This document shows positions 20,556-30,377 of a stretch of 64,000 nt of DNA, piece by piece. Each line of letters starts with the position of its first letter. The first letter of the stretch is position 1. The notes below the pieces were generated by a model. It searched no databases. It was not told where the DNA came from and worked only from the letters and a program-made list of their open reading frames with translations. The stretch is from Nitrosopumilaceae archaeon. GTDB taxonomy: Archaea > Thermoproteota > Nitrososphaeria > Nitrososphaerales > Nitrosopumilaceae. Where the stretch lies: assembly GCA_052389415.1 (NCBI GenBank), contig JBQTHX010000030.1, positions 1 to 64,000 of the forward strand, given 5' to 3'. Both the position numbers and the translations under genes were made by a program.

Positions 20556-21248
20556 ATGAAACTTGAAGAACTGCGAATAATAATAGATGAAAGAGAAAGA
20601 AAAAGTGGAATCCCTGATCTTTTACGAGCGGTTGGAGTAAAGATTGAACTTACCACTCTTCCAATAGGTGATTATATAGTAGCTCCAGAAACTGTTGTAG
20701 AAAGAAAAACTATCCAAGATCTAATCTCTTCTGTTTTTGATGGAAGGCTATTTGATCAATGTAATAGACTAAAAGAGAATTTTGAACATCCCGCAATTTT
20801 AATGGAGGGCAATGTAGATATCATTGATAAAATTACAGAAAATCCATTAGTCTTTTATGGTGCACTTTCATCTATTGCTTTAGATTTTAAAATTCCTATA
20901 ATTCCAACTCCTAGTGCTTCATATTCTGCGAAACTGTTGATATCGATGTGTGCAAGGCAAAATTCTAGTAATGGCCCTTTCTTGAAAAAGATTAAAAAAT
21001 CAGATGATATTCAAAGGCAACAGCTCTCTGTATTATGTAGTTTGCCAGGAGTAGGGGAAAAACTAGCAACACGCATGTTAGAAAAGTTTGGTTCTCCAAG
21101 CAACACATTAAAAGCTTCATACGGTGAACTTGCAAAAATTCAGGGATTAGGGGAATTAAGAGCTTTAAAGATAAGAAAAATGCTTGATAATGAAAGCAAG
21201 CTCAAGAAAAAAATAGATCAAAAAACACTACATGATATCGACACTTGA
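20556..21248 (+). CDS. xpf: Short XPF/ERCC4 structure-specific endonuclease
   Basis: IDERE, GDY, VERKTIQD (ERKxxxD), two HhH motifs (LPGVG, IQGLG). Confidence 0.9.
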   Translation: MKLEELRIIIDERERKSGIPDLLRAVGVKIELTTLPIGDYIVAPETVVERKTIQDLISSVFDGRLFDQCNRLKENFEHPAILMEGNVDIIDKITENPLVFYGALSSIALDFKIPIIPTPSASYSAKLLISMCARQNSSNGPFLKKIKKSDDIQRQQLSVLCSLPGVGEKLATRMLEKFGSPSNTLKASYGELAKIQGLGELRALKIRKMLDNESKLKKKIDQKTLHDIDT

Positions 21249-21254
21249 ACGATC

Positions 21255-21743
21255 TTAGAGTTTTCCAGCATCGCTTAATTTACGACTGAGTCTATTTCCA
21301 CATAGAGGGCATGTTGATATCTTTGAAAAGGTCCTTTCACAACCTGAGCAAAAATAAATCCATTTTGCTACACGTTTAATTCCGTCTGTCATAACTGGAG
21401 AAACTGAGAGATTTAGCTGCTTAGCAAGATTTAAAACAGAAAAATCATCAGAAATCAGAACACCTCTGAGTTGAAGACACAATGCGACAACTGAAATATC
21501 GCTTGCAGATAGATTTTGAGAATCTCCTGTTTCTCTGGACTTTGACAGAACCTTATTGATATATTTTGATTCTGGTACCAATATCCCAAGTCTTTTTGTT
21601 TCAAGAATCATTTCAATTGCTTGATGATCTTTTTTTATATGTTTTATCTCGTCAAAAACTTCTTGAGTGGTGAAACTCTGTTCAGAAGATGCAAAGGGTA
21701 TTCCAGCATAAAAAGCACTAGCATCTAAAATTTTAAAAACCAA
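21255..21743 (-). CDS. nob1: Nob1 PIN-domain endoribonuclease
   Basis: LDASAF, TGD..LSASD, SDDFS, C-terminal CSGC...CPLCG zinc ribbon. Confidence 0.88.
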   Translation of the reverse strand: MVFKILDASAFYAGIPFASSEQSFTTQEVFDEIKHIKKDHQAIEMILETKRLGILVPESKYINKVLSKSRETGDSQNLSASDISVVALCLQLRGVLISDDFSVLNLAKQLNLSVSPVMTDGIKRVAKWIYFCSGCERTFSKISTCPLCGNRLSRKLSDAGKL

Positions 21744-22545
21744 GCTTGCCCATCTGTCTTAAACCGCGCTTTTTCAGCCTTACAAATACCGCATGTTTCT
21801 TGTATTTTTTTATTGTAATGATATCGTCATATCTAGCTGGTTTTACAACTTGTGCATCCATAATTATGTTAGAATCATGAGAATTCGCAATCTCTATTTT
21901 TTCATCGGGAACAACTAATGATGGCAATCTGTTTACGGGTGCTACAGGTGTAATTATCAATACATCAAGACTTTCATGCAAGATTGGACCTCCAAGTGAA
22001 TATGAGTGACCTGTAGAACCACTAGGTGTAGCTATGATGACTCCATCCATCCTTTGTGTTACAGTATCATTTTGGAATTTAATCTCAAAAAGAGACGTCT
22101 TTGTAAGATTTTGTCTGTTAATATAAATTTCATTCAATGCAGGGGGAAATTCCTGCCCCCTACATGATGCTACTACCCTAGTTCTCTTATCAAGAAATAT
22201 CTTATCAGACAATATTTGATCAACTGCAGTGTCGAACTGATCCAAAGTTATTTCTGAAAGAATTCCTCGGTTCCCACCAACGTTAATTGCTAAAAGTGGA
22301 ACTTCATTTTCTAAATATCTAAACGCACGAAGTGTCGTACCATCACCACCAAGAGTAATTATAAGATCTAGGTTTGTAGTCTTTAACTCCTCCAAGGTAC
22401 CTACTTTCTTTGCACCTTCTACTTCTACTGGAGAAATTGTAAACACGTTTGATTTTTTTGCTAGTTTCTTAGCTACCTTTCTTGCTGCATCCTCAGATTC
22501 TTTAGAACCGACTTTACTAACTATTACGACTCTATTAAGATTCAT
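21733..22545 (-). CDS. nadK: NAD kinase
   Basis: GGDGT, LNE, DGVIIATPSGSTGHSYSLGGP. Confidence 0.92.
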   Translation of the reverse strand: MNLNRVVIVSKVGSKESEDAARKVAKKLAKKSNVFTISPVEVEGAKKVGTLEELKTTNLDLIITLGGDGTTLRAFRYLENEVPLLAINVGGNRGILSEITLDQFDTAVDQILSDKIFLDKRTRVVASCRGQEFPPALNEIYINRQNLTKTSLFEIKFQNDTVTQRMDGVIIATPSGSTGHSYSLGGPILHESLDVLIITPVAPVNRLPSLVVPDEKIEIANSHDSNIIMDAQVVKPARYDDIITIKKYKKHAVFVRLKKRGLRQMGKLGF

Positions 22546-22633
22546 GCGAAAACCAATATTGCAATTTCACTTAAAAATCATCTCATGAAGATTAAGATAT
22601 AAGGATCTGTTAACAGTAGATACTTCCAGAGAC

Positions 22634-23479
22634 ATGAGTTATGCTAATCCAGAAGTTTTAACCGACACAGAGTCGGTTTCAAAAAACATTTCAAATAACA
22701 AGATAAAGATTGTTGAGGTTGATTATGATCCTGAGAATGCATATAAGCAAGGCCACATTCCAGGAGCAAGTTTAATCTGGTGGAAGCGAGACATTAATGA
22801 TCCCATTACCCGTGACATTGTCAACAAAAAACAGTTTGAAGAATTAATGTCAAGAAATGGGATCATGCCTGAAAATGAGGTTATCTTATACGGTGATTTT
22901 AACAATTGGTTTGCTGCCTTTGTATTCTGGGTCTTCAAATATTACGGACACAAAAATGTGAAGATAATGAATGGTGGAAGAAAAAAATGGGAAATTGAAA
23001 AAAAATCATATACCAAGGATGAATCTAACATTTCAAAAACAAATTATGTTGCACAACCTCCTGATGAGGGACTACGTGCATATCTTTTTGATGTCAGACG
23101 AGCTTTGGATAAACATGATACAGTACTTGTGGATGTTAGATCAGCAAAAGAGTACACTGGTGAAATTACTGCTCCCCCAGAATATCCCATGGAACATGCA
23201 CAACGTGGTGGACACATTCCGTCCGCGAAAAATATTCCATGGGCTACTGCCGTGAATGATTTAGATGGAACTTTCAAATCGGTAAATGAACTGAAACAGA
23301 TTTATGAGACAAAACAAGTGACGCCGGACAAAGATGTAATATGTTACTGTAGAATTGGAGAAAGATCTTCTCACACATGGTTTGTTCTAAAATATTTGTT
23401 AGGTTACCCTCAAGTCAGAAACTATGATGGTTCATGGACTGAATGGGGTAATATGATTGGCAATCCTGTTGAAAAGTAA
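22634..23479 (+). CDS. Thiosulfate sulfurtransferase (double rhodanese, CysA-like)
   Basis: GHIPGA, GHIPSA, active site YCRIGERS, YDGSWTEWG signature. Confidence 0.93.
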   Translation: MSYANPEVLTDTESVSKNISNNKIKIVEVDYDPENAYKQGHIPGASLIWWKRDINDPITRDIVNKKQFEELMSRNGIMPENEVILYGDFNNWFAAFVFWVFKYYGHKNVKIMNGGRKKWEIEKKSYTKDESNISKTNYVAQPPDEGLRAYLFDVRRALDKHDTVLVDVRSAKEYTGEITAPPEYPMEHAQRGGHIPSAKNIPWATAVNDLDGTFKSVNELKQIYETKQVTPDKDVICYCRIGERSSHTWFVLKYLLGYPQVRNYDGSWTEWGNMIGNPVEK

Positions 23480-23785
23480 TTGTCTCAAGAGCTTCCTCTA
23501 TTGAAACAAGGTATATTCTATTTCATACGCGATAGTTCTTCTCACATAATATTGGAAGATAGGACAAAGCGTGGTCTTACTGTTCAGGAACGCTCATTGG
23601 ATGAAAATTATAATGTTGAAGCTGAGAAGGGGATGATACATGATATGGATGGGATAGGTCATAGAGTGGGTATACGCTGGTATTTCCCAAAAAAGGATTT
23701 TGATCTTAAAAGAGTTACCGAATTTGCAGAATCCATGGAAACAAAGTACAAAAAACTACGTGAAGAAACTTGTCCAGATTATTAA
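23480..23785 (+). CDS. Hypothetical protein abutting the rhodanese gene
   Basis: 101-aa ORF; TTG start directly after the upstream stop codon. Confidence 0.7.
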   Translation: MSQELPLLKQGIFYFIRDSSSHIILEDRTKRGLTVQERSLDENYNVEAEKGMIHDMDGIGHRVGIRWYFPKKDFDLKRVTEFAESMETKYKKLREETCPDY

Positions 23786-23952
23786 TTATTTTTCTAACGA
23801 GTAAATTACACTTAATCTAAATTACACCTTTGGGTTTCATTGTTTTATCCACCAATCTAGACTTGAGGTTGTTATTGAATCACAAAGAAAAAATCACACT
23901 TTTCTCAATAATTCAACTATAAATACATATTTTCCATCTTTTACGTTAGAGT

Positions 23953-25971
23953 ATGGCAGTAACCCCATTAATACAATTCCTCTTTAATGTATTCATTACG
24001 ATTGCCGTTCTAATTACATTTTACACTTGCAATTTTTATTATCTTGTGTATCTATCAAAACAAAGAAGAAAATATCATAAAACAGAATTGCTTGGATCGC
24101 CAACAATTACGATACAGCTACCAATATACAATGAAAAATATGTTGCAGCTAGACTACTAGATGCGGTCTGTTCTATGGACTATCCCAAAGAGAAGATGTG
24201 CATTCAAGTATTAGATGATTCTGATGATGATACCTATGATATTCTAGAAAATCTTGTTAACGAATATCAAAAAAAAGGATTTGACATATATCACATCCGT
24301 AGAGTAAATAGAAAAGGGTACAAAGCAGGCGCGCTCCGCAATGCGATGAAATTAGTAAAAGGAAACTTTGTAGCAATTTTTGACGCTGATTTTATTCCTC
24401 CTAATTGGTTTCTGAAAAAGGCTATCCCATATTTTGCAAAACCTGAGATTGGATTAATTCAATGTAAATGGGGCCACGTAAACGAAAAATATTCTGCATT
24501 AACTCAAGCACAAGCACTAAGTCTTGATTTACATTTCCTTATTGAACAGAAAGCAAAAAGTAATTCGCATCTTTACATGAGCTTTAATGGAACTGCTGGT
24601 ATCTGGAGAAAAGAATGCATAGAGGATTCTGGTGGTTGGCATACTGCTACGCTTGTTGAAGATTTAGATCTAAGCTACCGAGCACAAATGAAAGGTTGGA
24701 AATGTCTTTTCTTGGCTGATATTGTTGTGGATGCAGAACTTCCCGTTCAGATGAATGCAGCCAAAAGACAACAGTTTAGATGGGCAAAAGGATCGATACA
24801 ATGTGCCATTAAACTACTAGGAGATGTAATTATAAAGAGAATTCCCTTTGACACAAAGATTCAAGCTTTTGTTCAGCTGACTAGACACATAGTACACCCA
24901 CTCATGTTAGTTCAATTCTTAATACTTCCAATATTACTAGCAGCAAAATTCAATCTGTACGTTGTTAGTATATTGCCACTATTAACAATAGTTGCGTATT
25001 TGGCTTTGGGACCAGTTGTATACATCATGATAATACGAAACTTATGGGCACAAAAATGGAAATCAAAATCATTGGCCTATCTTTACTTAATATTTTATTC
25101 AGCAGGAATGTCTGTAAACAATACAGTCGCAGTCTTTGATGCTGTAGTGGGAAAGAAGAATGAATTTCTAAGAACTCCAAAATACGGAATTGTGAAAAAG
25201 ACAGATGATTGGAGAGACAAGGCATACAATCTCCCATTTACAAAAACTACCTTACTTGAAGTCTTTTTTGGAGTTTATGGAGTATTAGGAATATTCATAT
25301 CAATATTCTCAGGAAACCCGGTATTCGCTCCATTGATTGGAATTCAAACTATTGGATTCTTCTATATATCTTATCTTAGCATATCGCATACAACATTTAA
25401 AAAGAACAAATCGCAGTCGTTACACAACAAAACAGAGGAAGAAAAGATGGCAAATGCTTACTACAAACTTGCTATGGTTGGAATAATTGGCTTTATTTCG
25501 TTTGGAGCCTTTATGGCATATTATGGATATCAAAATGATGTTTATCCTTTAGATCAGGCGCGAGGTCTGCTAGACAGAATAAGGTCAACAGAAAATACAG
25601 AAGGAGTAATTGAAAAAATAAATACTATCAAAACTCTTCTTCCAGAACAAGGTAATCCTGTTTGGATATTTCCAACAGAAACAACAGATTTCGGCAAGAT
25701 TCAAGAAGACCTTGATAATATGATAGCAAGTGTAGAAATTATCTCAACTGTCCCGCAAGATAGTTCCGCATATCATACAGGAATGAGAAATATTCAGGAA
25801 CAGGCCAAGGAGATAAGGCTCCAACTCTTAGATGCTACTCCTTACATGTACGTAAGTTTTGCAAATATTGTTTTTAGTTCTTTATGGATAGCTACAATAC
25901 TTGGAATTTTTGCAATATTAAAAAGAAAGAAGCAAAGATTACAATCATACGAAATGTCGGATGAAGTTTAA
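23953..25971 (+). CDS. Processive GT2 glycosyltransferase (cellulose synthase-like) with extra C-terminal membrane-bounded domain
   Basis: QLPIYNE, DDS, KAGAL, FDADF, VEDLDL, QQFRW (D,D,D,QxxRW); multiple TM helices. Confidence 0.9.
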   Translation: MAVTPLIQFLFNVFITIAVLITFYTCNFYYLVYLSKQRRKYHKTELLGSPTITIQLPIYNEKYVAARLLDAVCSMDYPKEKMCIQVLDDSDDDTYDILENLVNEYQKKGFDIYHIRRVNRKGYKAGALRNAMKLVKGNFVAIFDADFIPPNWFLKKAIPYFAKPEIGLIQCKWGHVNEKYSALTQAQALSLDLHFLIEQKAKSNSHLYMSFNGTAGIWRKECIEDSGGWHTATLVEDLDLSYRAQMKGWKCLFLADIVVDAELPVQMNAAKRQQFRWAKGSIQCAIKLLGDVIIKRIPFDTKIQAFVQLTRHIVHPLMLVQFLILPILLAAKFNLYVVSILPLLTIVAYLALGPVVYIMIIRNLWAQKWKSKSLAYLYLIFYSAGMSVNNTVAVFDAVVGKKNEFLRTPKYGIVKKTDDWRDKAYNLPFTKTTLLEVFFGVYGVLGIFISIFSGNPVFAPLIGIQTIGFFYISYLSISHTTFKKNKSQSLHNKTEEEKMANAYYKLAMVGIIGFISFGAFMAYYGYQNDVYPLDQARGLLDRIRSTENTEGVIEKINTIKTLLPEQGNPVWIFPTETTDFGKIQEDLDNMIASVEIISTVPQDSSAYHTGMRNIQEQAKEIRLQLLDATPYMYVSFANIVFSSLWIATILGIFAILKRKKQRLQSYEMSDEV

Positions 25972-27299
25972 GATATTCCGATTTCCTGTCTTACTTCATC
26001 AACAGCACGAATTCCAAAAAGATCTCTTATCTGTTCTACTCGAAGTGAATCTTTTACAAGGTCACGGCCTAACAGGTTTATCAACAGCCTAAAAACGTCG
26101 GTAAATCTTATTTCCCATCTATCAGCACAATCTAAAATTTTGCTAATACTCCACTTTTTTACTTCTTGAGGGAGTGGTATCTTTTTGTCTGATTCTATAG
26201 AGAGCCTATCAAACAAATTTACCATTTCAGCAGTTTGTGATATCATCTTGTCAAGATCGTCCAACGAACCATATTTTGATTCTGAATGCATCCTAAGATT
26301 TGATTGGAATTCGGACAAACGTAATAATCCGATGATTTCCCGTGAAGTATTTTGGGCAGTCTTGTGGGTAGCTCCCCTAATCTCTTGAAGTTCTTGGTGT
26401 ATTTCGTGTGCTTTTTTATGAAATTCTGAATTGGAGGCTGTATTCCTATTCAATAATTCCGTTAAATCAGATATTTTTTCGTCAATTTGTTTAGTCTTAC
26501 CCATAACATTTTCTTTAAAATTAGCAAATTCATTACTTACATTTCTAATATCTGCCCCAAAAGTGACAAGTGAATCGGTTTTTCTTACAAGTGAACCTAA
26601 TTCTATACCTACATCTCTGATATCAGAACTCACGTTTACAAGTGATTCCGTTTTTGATGTTACATTTGAAATCTCTTGTTTTATGTTTGCCATGTTTTCT
26701 TCCAGCTTGGAGATTTTCTCAGCTTTTGAGGATACTTCATCCATCTTCTTTTTTAATTCGTCAAATCCACCAAGACTTTGTAATGATTCTGTTTTAGAAG
26801 ATACTTTTTTGATCTCATCCTGTATTTTCTCTGTTTTGTCAGACACATGCATTATCATTTTTGTATTGTTTCTAATTGAATCAACGCTATCCGCCACGCT
26901 TTGCATTATTTTGTTCACATCCGGGAATGATTCTTGTTTTTCACGAACCTTACTTACTTGTTCTTGAAGGCGATTTGTCTGTTCATTTACTTTTGTTATT
27001 AAATTTGAATGAGTTTTCACTTGGCTTAATCCCGAAAAGAGTTTTTGTGTATCTTCTTCAAGGATATTTATCTGTCGTGCATTTCGTTGTATTTGATCTA
27101 AAGCAGAAGTAACTGCATCTATCATGTTTTTTAATGAAATGAGAATTTTCTGGTTTTCTGCAAAGATCTTTGACATTGATCTAACTTCATTTGATAGAAC
27201 TTTTGTTGCATCCGCAATTGAACTCATCTTTTTTAAAACATCTGCATTAGAATCACCTTTGGCTTTTGCTAGACTGCTGTGGCTAGTTTTTTTTGTCAC
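25968..27299 (-). CDS. Long coiled-coil protein of unknown function
   Basis: 443 aa, heptad-rich, recurring V(S/T)SKTESL-like units; no TM segments or NTPase motifs. Confidence 0.75.
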   Translation of the reverse strand: MTKKTSHSSLAKAKGDSNADVLKKMSSIADATKVLSNEVRSMSKIFAENQKILISLKNMIDAVTSALDQIQRNARQINILEEDTQKLFSGLSQVKTHSNLITKVNEQTNRLQEQVSKVREKQESFPDVNKIMQSVADSVDSIRNNTKMIMHVSDKTEKIQDEIKKVSSKTESLQSLGGFDELKKKMDEVSSKAEKISKLEENMANIKQEISNVTSKTESLVNVSSDIRDVGIELGSLVRKTDSLVTFGADIRNVSNEFANFKENVMGKTKQIDEKISDLTELLNRNTASNSEFHKKAHEIHQELQEIRGATHKTAQNTSREIIGLLRLSEFQSNLRMHSESKYGSLDDLDKMISQTAEMVNLFDRLSIESDKKIPLPQEVKKWSISKILDCADRWEIRFTDVFRLLINLLGRDLVKDSLRVEQIRDLFGIRAVDEVRQEIGIS

Positions 27300-27609
27300 T
27301 TTACAATAATGTAATGATAACTGATAAAAAAGTTCGTATTTAATAATTTGAGAAAAAATCTCCAGAATTAGTTATTCACTATTTCTGGATCATGAAGGAC
27401 TTCGTGGAAAGTTTTCAGAACTAAACAATTTTCAGTCTCAATGAACTGTTTTGTGCAATATTCACATGTTAGCATGAAATACGGTACTATACGGTACTAT
27501 TAATAACCAGGTAACTTTAGCATTACCTTTAGACAGTTTTTTGGTCAGATACCCCAGACAGCTTTTAAAACATGATGAAACAGCATGATGTGCCCATTTT
27601 ATGGTGTAG

Positions 27610-27945
27610 ATGGACATGAAGTTAAGAGAAGAAGATCTGATTGCAATGGCGTCAAACCCACTTGAAGTGTTCAACGCTTCGCTCAAATCAATTCATACAA
27701 AAAAGAATTACATTAGAGAACTAAAATTTTTTCTCTGCACTTATCTCGAGAATTATCTTAATGGCTCGTTCGAAGAAAGGACAAAACAGATAATTAATCT
27801 CGCAAAATCTGATCCAGACAAACTAGGGATGATTTTGTACGCATATGCAAAGGGATTAAGAGAACTCTCCGAATTGCCGCGAAGTGATATTAATTATCGT
27901 AGTTCCAGCTCACTCCTAAACAGATTCAAATGCATAAAGTTATTT
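27610..27945 (+). pseudogene. Truncated tyrosine integrase-like gene (N-terminal part only)
   Basis: LREEDL...NPLEVFNASLKS..TKKNYIREL..FLC..LE..L.GSFEER...AKSDP resembles, from recollection, the N-terminus of thaumarchaeal integrases. No catalytic R-H-x-x-R-Y domain; the frame runs into an opposite-strand ORF. Confidence 0.55.
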
Positions 27946-28129
27946 AATTTACCTTCTCAAAACTTGTTTCAGGAGTTTCTATTTCTAACATTAGAGATCC
28001 ATTTTGCTTTTTGAGCCAATATGAATATCCGCTATAATCTTCTAATATGTCTAATATCATACACGTTTGTTCTTCCCTTTTACCTTTGTGAGTTATTCTA
28101 ATCTTGTCTCCTATCTTGAATTTTTCCAT
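27944..28129 (-). CDS. Small SH3/KOW-like beta-barrel hypothetical protein
   Basis: 61 aa starting MEKFKIGDKIRI, a pattern typical of small SH3-like proteins of mobile elements. Confidence 0.55.
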   Translation of the reverse strand: MEKFKIGDKIRITHKGKREEQTCMILDILEDYSGYSYWLKKQNGSLMLEIETPETSFEKVN

Positions 28130-28235
28130 TTACTGATTAAAGAGCAAATTACAATATTGATATGTGGTTATCATCAAATTACCTGATTTGGAGATCTTGT
28201 CTATGCGCTCAACCTCGACTCAGCGTTGTTTTTGG

Positions 28236-29207
28236 CTATGTCGGCTCCCAAAACTCTTTTTTTGCGTAATCTTGTAGACAATTCTTGTACGTTAGTTTGT
28301 ATCCTTCCTTTGAATATTCTGAATTTAGGATAAGATTTGAAAATGTTTCTTCATCATTACGATCAAGCACGCGTTCAAAAATATTCCATTTAGGTAACCT
28401 ATTATGCCACTTTTCTCTATTACACACTTTACAAGCTCCCACGATATTGAAGACTTTGGTTTCCCAAACATAGTTTTTAGGAATTACATGTTCCTGAACA
28501 TCAATGGGACGTTTATTGCAGTAAAAGCATTTTTGATTTTGAATTTGTTTTATAACTCGAAATACTTTACTTTTCAAATTACTTACAGGTTGTTTTTCCG
28601 AGATTTTTGTTGCAATTTGAGGCGAACTATTGCATGATTCTAGGTAACTTGCAATGACGAAATTCAATGCATGTTGCAACGCAGGCTTGTTCATTCTGAT
28701 ATACTCTAATACAGAATCAGATATCACAATAGACTCCTTATCTTCGCTAATTGTGTAAATGTTGCAATCCTTTAGCAATCTCCACAATACATCAGGTTTT
28801 ATGCATCTAGATATTATTCGGCGTCTAACATCACTTTGTTTTAAAGTACAAAATACTGTAATTTTTGGCCTCTGACCCCTGCCTTTTAATCTTTCCTGGA
28901 AATCTTCCAGTATATCGTGAATGTGGACATCTTCCTTTGGATTTGGAGATTGTTTTAATCTAAATTTAAAATGCGGATCCCAATAATAAAATCCAAACCT
29001 AGAAGCAATAAATTCCAAATCCACTTTCAGCCCGTCCTTTAATTTTGAAACCCATTGTTTTCCTGGAAATGGACTGTTTGAATTATTTTCAAATTCAGTC
29101 AATTCTAGGATAGATTTCAAAAAATATGGCTTGTAAGTGCTAGCCAGCGTTCTTTTGTTGAAGAATCTATTGAATTCTAGACGGGCCTGTTCCATGGACA
29201 AAGACAT
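28236..29207 (-). CDS. HNH endonuclease (McrA-like) with N-terminal helical domain; putative restriction/defence nuclease
   Basis: C-terminal CFYC...EHVIP...NIVGACKVCNREK (Zn-finger HNH); N-terminal STYKPYFLKSIL. Confidence 0.82.
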   Translation of the reverse strand: MSLSMEQARLEFNRFFNKRTLASTYKPYFLKSILELTEFENNSNSPFPGKQWVSKLKDGLKVDLEFIASRFGFYYWDPHFKFRLKQSPNPKEDVHIHDILEDFQERLKGRGQRPKITVFCTLKQSDVRRRIISRCIKPDVLWRLLKDCNIYTISEDKESIVISDSVLEYIRMNKPALQHALNFVIASYLESCNSSPQIATKISEKQPVSNLKSKVFRVIKQIQNQKCFYCNKRPIDVQEHVIPKNYVWETKVFNIVGACKVCNREKWHNRLPKWNIFERVLDRNDEETFSNLILNSEYSKEGYKLTYKNCLQDYAKKEFWEPT

Positions 29208-29816
29208 GTTATTGTAGTTTCTACTTGTTAAAAAAATACCACTGTATTTCCTGTAATATGGGAATCATGAATAAGCAATTATTTTAAAAGACAATTACTA
29301 TTATTGAAGCGATACCAAATTTGGAAATTGGATATTCATTAGATCAACTTAAGAAATAGCTTTTCAACTAATTCCTGATCTAAAATATTTCTTCGTGAAA
29401 ACTCACAATTGGAACCAAAAAATGAACATTATGATAGTTATTCCCCCCTGATTAGAACCATAATTTTTACAATAATATTTGAGCTCATGCGGACTCCAAA
29501 AGTAATCCGGTTTCAGCAGTCAGTTACCCCAAGTATAATTCCTCACCAATCAGTTAACTTGATCATCATTCTGCCTACTAAACCAGTCAATTTTCCCTTT
29601 ATATACTACCTCGAAGGATACCAAAAAATCCATTAAAAATGATATATAGCCCAGAGTTTCTCTCATCATGAATTCAGTTAACCCTATCATCATCCCATTA
29701 TCAAAGCAGAAAAGTCGGTATTTATTGGTAAAGTTCTTGAATAGATAAGAATTTTTCACCAATTTGTTGTAGCGAACCACATCTGGTCTTAAATAAAATT
29801 CAAGAAACGAGAAACC

Positions 29817-30377
29817 ATGGAAGCCAAGATTCTCAAAAAGATATCTTCTTCAGGAGTAGATGGAATTAAAAGAATGATTTTAAAAAAAACATTTGGGAAA
29901 GACTGTGATAAGGTATTAAAAAATCTAATTGAAAAAAAACAAATTTTTGTCGAAAAAAAAGGTAGTGCGTATTACGTCTGGACACAAGAAAACTATGTAT
30001 CAAAACTATCACAGAATAAATCAAAAATTAAAATAAATGAAAACGGAATCACGAATTTGAAATCTAAAAATATCACAATAAATCGAAATACTGATCTACA
30101 AAATACGATACAAATATCTCTACAAGCATTTCCTGATATTGATTTTAAAATGGAATTTGATAGGTGTCTTACAGCACCATGCACTTCTATAGGATGGATG
30201 CCGTTTTCACAAATACGTAAGAAAATATGTGAATCAAAAAATATTTCAAGCGATCAATTTTACAATCTTGCATCTGAACTTGTAGAACATCATAGAGAAA
30301 ATTATGAAATTTCCTCCGGAGGTAAAGAAGGTATCATGATACGGGGTTTAATGCATGGATTTGTGAGGAATGTCTAA
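29817..30377 (+). CDS. Hypothetical protein, probable tandem winged-helix domains
   Basis: Two compact domains with wHTH-like patterns joined by an N/K-rich linker; TAATG stop-start overlap with the ATPase. Confidence 0.7.
   Translation: MEAKILKKISSSGVDGIKRMILKKTFGKDCDKVLKNLIEKKQIFVEKKGSAYYVWTQENYVSKLSQNKSKIKINENGITNLKSKNITINRNTDLQNTIQISLQAFPDIDFKMEFDRCLTAPCTSIGWMPFSQIRKKICESKNISSDQFYNLASELVEHHRENYEISSGGKEGIMIRGLMHGFVRNV

Noticed and set aside
23802-23827. Direct repeat TAAATTACAC x2
   Set aside because: Short, AT-rich and ~125 nt from the next start; plausible by chance.
25968-27299. Methyl-accepting chemotaxis protein or SMC call
   Set aside because: No conserved MCP hairpin (LLALNAAIEAARAG), TM helices, Walker motifs or che genes.
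29340-29780. Possible pseudogene debris (start weakly like an IS5-family transposase N-terminus; a later frame has RGE like CPA2 antiporters), plus ORFs 29409..29636 and 29550..29780
   Set aside because: Similarities are short and interrupted by stops; cannot be supported without blastx.
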